Shown in pieces: positions 11,134-22,030 of a stretch of DNA of 64,000 nucleotides. Within the stretch, counting starts at the first letter, position 1; each line of letters begins with the position of its first letter. The stretch is from Histomonas meleagridis 2922-C6/04-290x (Eukaryota > Protista > Parabasalia), in contig JAANOX010000064.1 of the NCBI GenBank assembly GCA_020184695.1, positions 124,001 through 188,000 on the forward strand, read 5' to 3'. The notes below the pieces were generated by a model. It worked only from the letters and a program-made list of their open reading frames with translations. It was not told where the DNA came from and searched no databases. A program made the position numbers and the translations under genes.

Positions 11134-11967
11134 TTTAACACTCGCAAGCCTTTTAAACGGCCTTCTATCAGCCGTTGTATCGTTTATTTTACAATGCTTA
11201 ATGAATACATTGAAAATGAAAATATATTGAAATAAAGACTCTATTTGCATATCTTAGGTAGAGAAAAATTCTTTTGATGTCAACACATTCACATTGATGA
11301 TTAGTTATTGAATTTTTAATTCAATCATTTAATTTGCTCATATAATAATTATCCTCAAACATAATTTATTACATCAATGTATGTAGATATTAAAAACCAT
11401 ATTTTCCTCATAGAAGTATTGAAAAAAATTTTAAATATTAAAAAGATTAATTTATCAATTTCAAGTGTAAATTCGTTATGCTTGTGGTAGCTAGGGGATT
11501 CTACAAAGCTGTTTTGATACTTGGGTGAAGCATTTAAAAAAAGTTTGGTGGGGAAAAAATTAAATATTATTTTTTCGCGTTCGATAAATAATTTAGAAAA
11601 GTTATTTTTCGAATCGATAAACTACATTATAAATTAATTCTATAAATGAATTTAAGTTAAACTTCATATAAAAACACCAAATATGGCGATTGAAAGTGTT
11701 GATTAAATCTACATAAATACAAAATATTAATCATATTATATCTAATAATACTTAAAATTTCATTGTGTAATTTTTTGTAACAGAACGATATAGTGACAAA
11801 TCAAAATGTTCAAATATCATAAAAATACATCAATATTTTAAAAATACAGAAAAAAATCGAAAAATTTGCAATTTAAATTTTTTAAAATAAAATACAAAAT
11901 TATGTTTATTAAGGAATCTTTAGAATACATTTTTTTTCACACTAAGGAATAAAGGCCGTTCAAATTT

Positions 11968-12222
11968 TTGAAAATAGATAAAAAAGGTGAAATAACATTC
12001 AAGATTTTGGTAATCGGGGATGATAACACAGGTGGAACATCTTTCATAGAACGTTTGGTTTACAACGAATTTGATCGTCCCATTTCACCAACACTTGGTG
12101 CAAGAATTCAATTTAAGTATATTAATCTCAAAGATAAACCAAAAATTTTAGTTGAATTTTGGGAGAATCATCTTCCGCCTGGTTTTGAACCCATTTTTCT
12201 TCATCAAAAATCATTATCATAA
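11968..12222 (+). pseudogene. Truncated, degenerate Rab-like small GTPase
   Basis: FKILVIGDDNTGGTSFIERLV..F....SPTLG..FKYINL...VEFWE resembles a Rab N-terminus. The P-loop Lys is replaced, WDTAG is lost, the start is TTG and a stop follows 84 codons. Confidence 0.55.
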
Positions 12223-12916
12223 TCACTCTCGAAAATTTATTTATATTCTGTGTATTTAGTTATTTAAACTTTTTTCTTCTACTAAACTTTTTTTCTTTCT
12301 TTTTAATAGAATATTTTCTTTGTTTTCAGCTCTTTCCATAAATCTAGTTAGCATTGCTTCATCACAAATCAGTGTGTAATATCTCGGATCTTCTTGTCTT
12401 TTTTCGGTACCACTCCTAAATTTCTTCCATATTTTGCTGCACTTAATTCACCGTTTTTTGGAAAGCATTTCCACCAGACACATGACGAAAAACTTAGCGA
12501 ATTATCATTTTGTTTCCATTTGGATCGACAAACGAAAGTTTTAGTATTATTTTCTTCATAATTAACTCTTTCAATAATAGCTATGTAGATTCCAAAGTGC
12601 CTTCATCAAAACATATCGAACTAATTTTTATTGGTTTTTAACAAAATTCGAAAGCAGATTTTCATGACCTTATAAAAAATTATTAAAGCTTCGAATAAAA
12701 ATGTAACTAACACAAATATATAGTATACCATATATACTTTATCAAGAATTAAATTATCTTGAAAAATTGATGATTTTTTTTTAAAATATATTTAATTACT
12801 TCTATAAAACATTCAAATGTCATAACAAAATTATATATTACAGAAAAAATTATTCGAAATAACAAAAATTTATTAACTGTTTCAAAAAAAAATTTAATAA
12901 GAAGAAAGAAACATTT

Positions 12917-14590
12917 TTATTCATTTTGTTCTTCATCAACATTTTTCATTTGTTGGCATCTGCATTCTATCAACTCCATTTCTACCTTTGAGTATTTCTT
13001 GATGAGTTTATTATGTTGAATCTTTAAATTATCGAATTTTGTCTTTATTTCATCATTTTCATATAATATATCTTTTGCTTTATTATTCATTTGAAGTAAA
13101 CATTCATGTGATTGATCAGGAGAAACATCGAAACATATCAAAGTCTTTGAGATTTGGAACACGTTTGTTTCATTTATAATTCTTCCGATGTTAGTTGGGT
13201 TAAAATATTCATTTCCCCAAACTAAAAATGATTGCGGAAAGAATTCATTTGATTCTCCACCAGCAATTGGATTAATTTTATTTCTTTTGGAATTGAAAAA
13301 TTGATAAGCGTAATGAACGCAAACATTTTTCTGAATTCCTTTTTTACCAGTCACAATACAATTAGCGCATGCGATTGCTCTATTTTCTTCGTTCTCAGGA
13401 CTTTGCGCTATTAAATCAGCTCCTTCAATATATATCTTTCGTTGCGTTGCACACGAAAGTAATAATGATAATTGATGATCTTTTAATTCTTTATATTTGG
13501 TTATGTCTAATTTTGTAACTCGTTTTTGTTCATATGATAAATATGAAACAATTAAAGAAAACTCAATCATCTTCTCTTGGATTTCATTGTTGGATAATAT
13601 TATTTCGTCTGTTGGGAAAATTGATGGATTTGAATTTGCAATGTTTTCAAGAATATAAAGTATAGAATTAGTGAGTTTGGGACGAGCTAAAAGTAAGCCT
13701 GTTAGAATTTGCATTTGAAATGGTAATGATTCAAGTTTATAATACTTTAAACAATCACCAAAACAAATAGCAGCATTCTCGGCGGTTTCGTCGGTTGAGT
13801 CCTGTATCGTCATCGAAATCAAAAGTTGTTTCGGAATGCCCAAAGAAAACATTTGGGACTGGATAAGCCCAAGATGAATGAGATCAGAAGAATCCAAAAG
13901 CGAACGAAAGACTGAGGTTGAAAGATTAGAAATACCTGTGTCAAATAATACTTTCACAAATTTCGAAACATGACCCATGTCAATGAAATATTGTCGAGCT
14001 TGCTGATCTGAAATTAAAGAACCAAGTAAAGAAAGATGTTTTTCATTTGTGGAGATGGTAGGTAAAATTTGTTCGATTAATCCTGCAAAAACAAATGGCA
14101 CACGAAGACGTGGTGTAAGCTCTGCTACTCGGACAATAAATGAAATTATTAGGTCGTCATTTGTAAAGGATGAGAAAGAAACTAATTCCAAGGGATCATC
14201 AAGTAATGAATTTACATCTGATTCTGTATTCAATGATTTTTCACAAAGGCCTAAAAAAGGGGATATAAAGTTTGATTTTTGCGTTCCTTGATTTTGAAGT
14301 ACAATGGTCATAATTTGTTTAAAATCTGATTCTTTAAATAATGTTTGCTTTGTTGTAAGTAAAACTGAGGCAATTTCACCAGCGGCATCAACAGCATTTT
14401 GTTCAAGAAAACTTTCTATTTTTTTCAAAAGGGGAATTAAATCTTTTCTTGTGATTTCATTTGATTTAGCAAATAATTCTTTAATCTGAAAGCATTTATC
14501 TTTAGAATTTCTTGGTGTGATTTCTTTTGTTAGTTGTGCTAAATACTGTTGATCAGTTGCAGAAGGTGCAAACAATGAGAGAACAGACAT
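12917..14590 (-). CDS. Armadillo-type protein with C-terminal coiled coil, possibly Uso1/p115-like tether
   Basis: 557-aa ORF; RQYFIDMGHVSKFVKVL and the ARM-head plus coiled-coil layout recall Uso1/p115. Family assignment is tentative. Confidence 0.5.
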   Translation of the reverse strand: MSVLSLFAPSATDQQYLAQLTKEITPRNSKDKCFQIKELFAKSNEITRKDLIPLLKKIESFLEQNAVDAAGEIASVLLTTKQTLFKESDFKQIMTIVLQNQGTQKSNFISPFLGLCEKSLNTESDVNSLLDDPLELVSFSSFTNDDLIISFIVRVAELTPRLRVPFVFAGLIEQILPTISTNEKHLSLLGSLISDQQARQYFIDMGHVSKFVKVLFDTGISNLSTSVFRSLLDSSDLIHLGLIQSQMFSLGIPKQLLISMTIQDSTDETAENAAICFGDCLKYYKLESLPFQMQILTGLLLARPKLTNSILYILENIANSNPSIFPTDEIILSNNEIQEKMIEFSLIVSYLSYEQKRVTKLDITKYKELKDHQLSLLLSCATQRKIYIEGADLIAQSPENEENRAIACANCIVTGKKGIQKNVCVHYAYQFFNSKRNKINPIAGGESNEFFPQSFLVWGNEYFNPTNIGRIINETNVFQISKTLICFDVSPDQSHECLLQMNNKAKDILYENDEIKTKFDNLKIQHNKLIKKYSKVEMELIECRCQQMKNVDEEQNE

Positions 14591-15049
14591 TTATCACTAA
14601 ACGTATTAAGGGTACACCAAAAGGTGGGCACCCCTCTTTGGTACACCCCATTTCGACTAAAAACACTTTTTCACAGAAAAAAATTGCTTTGGTAAGTCAG
14701 TAGCACTTTTGAATAAAAATAAGTAGTGACGCTATAGCAAGAGGAAATTCGAACTTTTCGCAACTTCGATAATATCATGAAATTAATTGAGCAGTTTATA
14801 TTGATATCGTCATGTTAGTCAGAAATGTGAGCACTGTCGACGGTTATGATCGGTATATATTGAAAAGGCGTTCGGGCTGTTTTGATTCCAACAAAAGCAA
14901 CGAAAAAACTATGAATAAAGCGCAAAAATGCAAGAAGGGTATAAATGTTAGTCGATCGATCAGTGTTCGGTCTCTAACATCAGAATCCAGGCTTCGACTA
15001 ACAAGCCTGGCGAAAGCCTCATACAAAAGAAAAAAAAGATTGAATAAAA

Positions 15050-15931
15050 ATTAGAATACCCTGTTCATCTAAAGTATTCAAAATTGGCATCAAGTTGCCC
15101 ATTGTACTTCTCCATCTGATTCCAGGCTTCAGATGAAATGACCTTTTGATTTTGAAGCTTACTGACACTTCGATGTTCCCATCTTGTACAAGATAACTCA
15201 AGTATGGTTCTCGAAGGGGCGATGTCTTAGATCGTTTCAGAGTTTCCCACCATCTCTCCATTTTTCCGTTCTCGTGGGGAGTGTATGGATGGGTCGGATG
15301 GAGTTCAATTCCAAGCTCTTGGAGTTTATTGCTGAGATCACCATCTTTGGTCTTGGATCCTTTGCTAAGGTATTGACAAGAGCATTCATCGCCAAAAGGC
15401 TTGTTCTGTTAAGAAGTATTTCATGGGTATGATTCGCCTGGTTCGATCATCAATTAAACCAATGAGATATAATTTCCCGTTCTCTCCTGAAAGAGCATCC
15501 AATTCATACAAATCTGTATGCCAGGCTTGCCCAGCATACTTTGCAACGAACATTAAAGTATGTTCATCACCGGGAGGAACTTATTCTTGTAGCCTAATGT
15601 AAAGATCAGAGGATTCATAAATATTTCCAATCATCCACTCGGTTAGACCAGGTGGTGCTGTTGGATCTCTCCTTGCTACACCAGCCAGCCTCTGATATCC
15701 AACATTTGCTTTTTGTAGATATCTTTGGATATGATTTACAAATTCAGTTGGAATGTCATGAGGCCGTCGACCTCTTCTAGGAATTTTCATTCCTAGTTCG
15801 ATGCAAAGATTATGTACCATTTTGCGTCCAACATGGTACTTTTGCATCATGCTGTCTACTCCAAGATTTGAAATTTCTTGGTGAAGTTGATCCTCCAACG
15901 AGGTAGGTTGGTTCATTAACGGAGCGTTCAT
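15050..15931 (-). mobile_element. Disrupted DDE integrase/transposase (rve core; IS481-like/IS481EU-type) pseudogene
   Basis: Hand translation gives an N-terminal HTH-like ORF, then TAA at 15581-15583, then QAWHTDL..KLYLIGLIDDRTRRII, a frameshift and loss of the second Asp region, then LQELGIELHPTHPYTPHENGKMERWWETLKR. TIRs and TSD were not confidently identified. Confidence 0.85.
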
Positions 15932-16214
15932 CAAAATATATAAATTTGTAAAATATTCAAAAGATAAATGCATTTGTTAAACCCAACATGTAAAGTATTA
16001 AAAAAGTGACTACAAAAACTTCATCGTAGCGGTTATTATCTTAATCACAAAAAGTTGTTTTCATATAAAAGTGACTTTTTTGCAAAAAAGTTCTTCTCTT
16101 AAAACATAATAAAAATAATGTTTCGTTTGATTTTTGAAAGCCCTTTATGCCACCGTAGAAAATTTGTAAAATTCTACCTCTAAGATTTTTAAAATATTGT
16201 GTATATATTGAAAT

Positions 16215-17800
16215 TCTCGTTTAATTTAATTCCTTTTTGTTCTATAAGTAATTTGACTATTTCTGTGTAACCATTTTTGGATGCACACATAAGTGCTGTC
16301 CAAAATAATTTAAATAATTTCCAAATATTATTTTATAATATCAAATCATTTTAATAAAATTCAAACAGCACCCAAATATTATTTACAAACATTAAATTAT
16401 TAAAAATTATATTAAATAAAACAAAGAAATATTTTGAGCATTAATATCATTTCCTTCTCCAGAAGTAATTTAACATTTTCCATATCATCATTAAAAGATG
16501 CAAACAGAAGTGCAGTACAAAATATTGATTAAACAATTTCCAAATAGTAATTAAATACATAAAACAATCAAAAATAATATTAAACAAAACCAACGAATAC
16601 CTTCAGCATTAACATCAATGTTTATTTGAAGATATGTACTTAACAATTTTATAACATCCAGATTCAGAAGCATATGGTAAAATTTCTTTTGTGGATTGAT
16701 TATTTTGTAAAAAGCATTCAACAAGAAATATATTTGTATTTTTTGCAGCATTATTAATAATTGAAGCATTAACTTTATATCCTTTTTCTTTCAAATATAA
16801 TAAAATTTCATAATTTCCATATTCTTCACACATTTCATCGTGTTGATTTTTTTTTTTTCCAGTTTGATTTCGTTGTGTGACAAGTTGTGGGTTCCTAATA
16901 AATAAATTTGTAATATTATTTTCAAAAAGATATTTAAATATTTCATTTCGATGATATTTAATTGCTGTTTCATATGCATATGAACATATCATTAAATGGT
17001 GAATGATTGATCACATAAATGAATAATTTTTTCATTTCCACCTGAAATTGCATATTATGATGCATTTTTTATATTCGCACCATTCATAAGTAAAAATTTA
17101 AAACATTTTACTGAAGAAAATACAGCATAATCAATGAGTGAAGCATTATATTGACTAAAGAATATCATTCATAAATTGTTTGATTCAAAATCAAAACATT
17201 CTCGTGATGACTTTTCTTGAAGCTTTTCTATTTCATCATTTTGAATCATTTTCATAAGTTTATTATCATTAAATCCTTCTTTAACATATTTCTTATGAAA
17301 CTCCCAATCATTCTTTGATAGTTCTTTATAATTTTTATAAAAATTATTTTCTTGAATTTGAAATTTATTTTTCTTTTCAAGTGATTTAATAGATTTTGGA
17401 AGTGGTCTTTCGTATTCTAGCTTATAAAGAAAAAAATATTTGGATTTATGAGTTAGTACTGTGTTTTTATTGTTTAAATTTTGTTCAGTCATCTTCTCAA
17501 GTAAATAATATGCTTCTTGTGATTGAATTGAAGAGATATGTTTAATATCATAATATGATATTTGGATTAGTTTTGAGTATCTCTTCTTCTAAAGTTTGAA
17601 CAGATTTTAAATATACCAGATATTAATCATATGTGTTTCTTCGAGAAAAATATGATGAATATACTAAATTACAGATAACAGAATTAAATGAAAAAATGAA
17701 ATTGCGATCAAATAATTTCATCGTTTGATGAATTGCAAATTCAATGTCATCTTTATTATTCTTTCAAGTGAAATAATAATTGGGAATTTGAGGAATTATT
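16215..17800 (-). pseudogene. Disrupted DUF3447-ankyrin gene, paralogue of 29040-30317, with spacer-interrupted ankyrin tail
   Basis: Fragments KNYKELSKNDWEFHKK, SLIDYAVFSSVKCFKFLLMNG and YAISGGNEKIIHLC match the intact paralogue. Several in-frame stops and frameshifts. Ankyrin units are separated by 82-nt and 131-nt spacers. Confidence 0.8.
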
Positions 17801-18038
17801 ACAATATGTTAATTCAAACTTAAATCATTGATATTAATAAAGCAGTACTTTTCATTTGATCATATCATTGTGCATACCAAAATTAGTGAGTTTTGCCCTG
17901 CTGACAATCCTATGATTAACATTTTCATATTCACAAAAATTTCATGTTTTCCCTATCAAAATTAAAAAATCGAAGCTTGAACATATCCAAACATTAAAAA
18001 CATTTTATTCCAAATCAAACACAACATATTTTACATTT

Positions 18039-20318
18039 TTATTTCATTGGTTTGTTCGAAATCGGCTTTTGCTTTTGCGCCAATGGCCTCATCACTGACC
18101 ATCTCCTTCTAATTTCGAGCACGAACTTTCTTCCCTTTTCGGATCCCTTTTTTTCCAGGCTTTCCAAAAACGAAACGTATTTTTTATGTTGAACAATTTT
18201 CATATTATTTTCCAACGTTTTGATGATAATTTGCGGCAAAATTTCAAATTTCTCGACTAACGTTGGCGACATCCCATCGATAGCTTCTGGCGTTTTAAGT
18301 TTTATGTTGATGAACATTGACAGGTTAAAAAGTGCATCACTTCGCCATTGGTAACATTCCGAAAATAACTTCGGATATATCGCAGTATGCATCAAATTAT
18401 AGTTTGTGGCATACTCAAATGCTGTCGCAGAGTTACAATATTCGCAAATAGCATTGATAATGCCGGGCCTTTGTTGAAATACTGTAGATTTTTGTAAAAT
18501 TGGCTCCCAATAAACTGTTTGATCTTTGATTTCTTGTATCAGGGCTTTGGTATAGTTACTCATTTTGACAATATTTGACACTGATTTAAATACTTCGGAA
18601 TCATTAACAGAGGCCCATCGTAAAAATAACGTCGCATCTTCTTCTTTACGGGACATTAATCCAGCTACTGCTATACGATTAATTGAGTTAAAAATGATTT
18701 CGATGTTTTTTCGATCATTTGCTATTATATCGTCTAATATTTTAAAGATCTTTGAAAACACATTCGACCATTCACCGTTAGCTTCACTAACGAGTTGTTC
18801 TATCATTTGATTCACTTGTGAAAGTATTTTACGACCATTTGATGAGTCAAGTCTATGATCTTTTGAATTAATAAAAGAATTTACATCATTCGGAAGTTCA
18901 GGTGTTTTTTGTTCTATAAAACGTAATAATTCTCTTTTATAATGATCTTTAATGTAGGGCTTCGATTCGATTTCACTCGCATTCAGGGTGCCCCGAAAAT
19001 TGAGAGAAACTTTGAATGAACTGTGTTTGTATGCTTTGAATTCATCGCTGCATAATGCGGAAAGCAAGACTTCGATACCATGACACGTTAAACTTGGGTT
19101 TATACCTGTTTTAATTATCATTAAAAAAGGAGTTATATTCTTATGTAATTCATTCGGATCAAAATTAGGTGTTATATATAAGAAATCAATAATTAAGGCT
19201 TGTAATGCAGTTATTGGTGTTTTGTTTTGGGCCTTTTTAACATAATCATAAAAAAATGAAATGATGTCAATTTTCTGTTCGATTTTATTATTACTACAAT
19301 CAATGGATTGTAGAAAATAACGATATAAATCTGAAAGTATAAAATCATAGTCCGCTAAAACCGTAGATCGCTTCAAAATTGAACGGTCTTTCGAATTTTG
19401 ACTGAGCATTCTCAAAAAGTCGGACAAATGACCATATGGAAGAAACAACTGAAGAATATTTGGACTTGTAACAGTAATTATGTACGACATATCAATCTTA
19501 CTAGTTAAATCATATATAACTGGGAACCTTGCACGCATTTTTTCCAAAGTTCTTTTGTTATATAAAATCCGAATGATTTCTTTGAATGCAATTCTTGGAA
19601 AATGCTGATAGCAAATTTGAAAGAAATTGGTAACTGTTTGATGAATTGAGTTGATAAGCTGTTGGGCATCTTTCAGTAAACGTTGATGATTTTCTTCTTC
19701 AAATTTGTTTTCTGAGATGACAAAATAATCTTGATAAAATCGAAGGAATTTTATAAGTAGAAATGTGCTTAAAATCGGTTCATTGATATATGTTTGTTGA
19801 TAATTAGAAACGTTGAATGAAAAATATTTCATAATTCGAAGATTATTTTCTGTAATACATCCGGTGTCATATGAAGAAACAACCATGAACATAAGTTCGT
19901 GAACTTCTAGAATTTTCGTAAAACGATTTTCAAGGAGAGTATTGATGATTCTGAAAACATTATTGGCGACTTCCTCTGATGCAAATTCGAAAAGCTTTCG
20001 AACCCCTGTGATTAAAAACTTTCTAAGTTGATTAATTGAAACTTTCCCAGATTCTAAAATCATTTCTAAAAATTTTTCTTGAAATGACTCATTTCGAAGA
20101 GTTAAAAGAGCACACGCAACCCCATTGCAATTCTCATTGCTTTTGCAGTTTTCAGTGCAAGAAATAAGAAATTGAAACACATTTTCAGGAGAAACCTCAG
20201 AATGATTTAAATAAAGTTGATCTCTCGCTCTTGTGAATTCATTATAAAAATCTTTCTGAGCATGGCTTAAATATTTAATATCTTGATTTCTAATCAATTG
20301 ATTAAAAACAAGATTCAT
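18039..20318 (-). CDS. Putative Integrator complex subunit 3 (INTS3/SOSS-A)-like protein
   Basis: 759-aa helical ORF. IAFKEIIRILYN, ILSDLYRYF and LQALIIDFLYITP align by eye with the INTS3 motifs IGRDLVRLLQN, RCDLIRYI and KLALFYDWLFFSP. Confidence 0.55.
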   Translation of the reverse strand: MNLVFNQLIRNQDIKYLSHAQKDFYNEFTRARDQLYLNHSEVSPENVFQFLISCTENCKSNENCNGVACALLTLRNESFQEKFLEMILESGKVSINQLRKFLITGVRKLFEFASEEVANNVFRIINTLLENRFTKILEVHELMFMVVSSYDTGCITENNLRIMKYFSFNVSNYQQTYINEPILSTFLLIKFLRFYQDYFVISENKFEEENHQRLLKDAQQLINSIHQTVTNFFQICYQHFPRIAFKEIIRILYNKRTLEKMRARFPVIYDLTSKIDMSYIITVTSPNILQLFLPYGHLSDFLRMLSQNSKDRSILKRSTVLADYDFILSDLYRYFLQSIDCSNNKIEQKIDIISFFYDYVKKAQNKTPITALQALIIDFLYITPNFDPNELHKNITPFLMIIKTGINPSLTCHGIEVLLSALCSDEFKAYKHSSFKVSLNFRGTLNASEIESKPYIKDHYKRELLRFIEQKTPELPNDVNSFINSKDHRLDSSNGRKILSQVNQMIEQLVSEANGEWSNVFSKIFKILDDIIANDRKNIEIIFNSINRIAVAGLMSRKEEDATLFLRWASVNDSEVFKSVSNIVKMSNYTKALIQEIKDQTVYWEPILQKSTVFQQRPGIINAICEYCNSATAFEYATNYNLMHTAIYPKLFSECYQWRSDALFNLSMFINIKLKTPEAIDGMSPTLVEKFEILPQIIIKTLENNMKIVQHKKYVSFLESLEKKGSEKGRKFVLEIRRRWSVMRPLAQKQKPISNKPMK

Positions 20319-20599
20319 TTTGTTCTACTAAGATTTTGACTGTGTTTGTTTGATTTGTTTCCAGAATCGAAAACAAGGGTTTAAAATAACCTATAAATAT
20401 ATATCTAAAATTACTTCAGATCATTTTCTTCAAACTCCTTTTAGAATTTAAATTAAGTGAGTTTTTCTCAATTGGTTGAAATTAAAGATCATAATTATGA
20501 AATATGTGAATTATCCCTCATTTACAACCTTAAGACGAAACCAAAACTTATAAAATATTTCAATAAATATTGATTACCATCAAAATTCATTTTTTTTTT

Positions 20600-21280
20600 T
20601 TTTTTGGTTATCATTTCGAATATATCTTCATTGCCTAATAGTACTGCATAATTAACAGCTGAATTAAATAAATCGATTTGATTCCAAATGAATTATTGAA
20701 ATATCCAAATAATAAAATAAACACTTAATAAAAAAATCAAACATCTTCAATAGCGATATCAGTTCCTACATATTTAAGAAGTAATTGAACTGTTGGTATA
20801 CAATTATTTTTTGTTGCTTTTATAAGTGCCGTTTTAAACAATTTTAATAATTTCCAAATCATATTTTTATATTTTAAATAATTAACATAAATATAAAAAA
20901 TTACAAATTATTATCTTGAGCATTAACATCAATTCCTTCTTGCTCAAGAAGTAGTTCCACAACTTTTGTGTAACCATATTTTGATGCATACATTAATGCT
21001 GTATGAAAAAATTCAATAATTTCCAAATATTATTTTAAAATTTTAAAATAATAAAATAAATATTAAATAAAACAAATAAATAGTTTTAGCATTAATATCA
21101 ATTTCTTCTTATTCAAGAAGTAATTTATCTATTAACAAATATTATGAATATCTTTAAAATTTATATCAATTCCCTTATGTTGAAGAAGTAATTTGACAAT
21201 TTCTATGTAACCATTTAAAGATGGAGTATGAAGCATATAACTAAATATTTTAAATAAATTCCAAATATTATGAATTCATA
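20600..21280 (-). repeat. Orphan ankyrin-repeat/spacer array
   Basis: Open 90-nt units TALMYASKYGYTKVVELLLEQEGIDVNAQD (21002-20913) and TALIKATKNNCIPTVQLLLKYVGTDIAIED (20832-20743); spacers of 79, 80 and 80 nt. Confidence 0.85.
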
Positions 21281-21445
21281 AATTAACCAAATGATCTTCA
21301 AGTTGACATGACACTCAATTGAAATTTGGTAATTGCGCGATCTCATAGAAAATTTTGAATTGTCCATCAGCCACATAAAATGATACGCATAACGTTCATC
21401 GGCATAGTGTTTAACAGATTATGCTAAAAATTGACAGATACAAAA

Positions 21446-21685
21446 ATGGAAAACAAAACAAAAACAAGAAATCATCCAAATCCAATTGAAATCAGCCAGG
21501 TTTTTGATATGAGCGATTGCACAGAAGCCTTAGATAAATTTATGAAAACAAATTTAAAACCAATATTCAAAAGTGAAAATTCTTATTTTTGGCCAACAGA
21601 AATTGATCCAAATGCACCAGAAGTCGTGAACTGGATTAAAGAAAATGAGGTTACTTTATTTCCAAATGTTATGAATAATCATTAA
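21446..21685 (+). CDS. Small hypothetical protein (79 aa)
   Basis: Short ORF from the first ATG at 21446; no recognised motif. Confidence 0.3.
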   Translation: MENKTKTRNHPNPIEISQVFDMSDCTEALDKFMKTNLKPIFKSENSYFWPTEIDPNAPEVVNWIKENEVTLFPNVMNNH

Positions 21686-22030
21686 ATTCATTGTTTTTAT
21701 GAATAAATGTTTTTTCTTTATTAAGTTAAAAAAAATAAATTTTTATTTTAGCAATGTTCAAACATTCGTGTGATCCAATCTAATTTACAGCATATATATC
21801 AGTAAAAACCTAAAGAAGCAGATTTTATGAGACCGTTATTATAAACGGCCGAAAACATCTGCAAAAAAGAACTTTGGTCTCTTTAATCTGATGTTTATTA
21901 AAGGTAATCGATAAAAAAGAAACCGATGTTTGACCTCCAAAACGTTAGTTTACAATTTAGCTGATTTTTGAAAATTAATCGAAAATAATAATAATAATTG
22001 TAGAAAACTAAAAACATTTATTTAAAGATG

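Noticed and set aside
12250-12620. ATG-less open stretch on the minus strand (IERVNYEE..FVCRSKW..CVWWKCFP)
   Set aside because: Short, frameshifted and not assignable to any family I recognise.
15000-17800. Possibility that in-frame TAA/TGA/TAG codons reflect a reassigned genetic code
   Set aside because: Conserved genes end normally at TAA/TAG/TGA and have no internal stops. The internal stops co-occur with frameshifts, as expected for pseudogenes.
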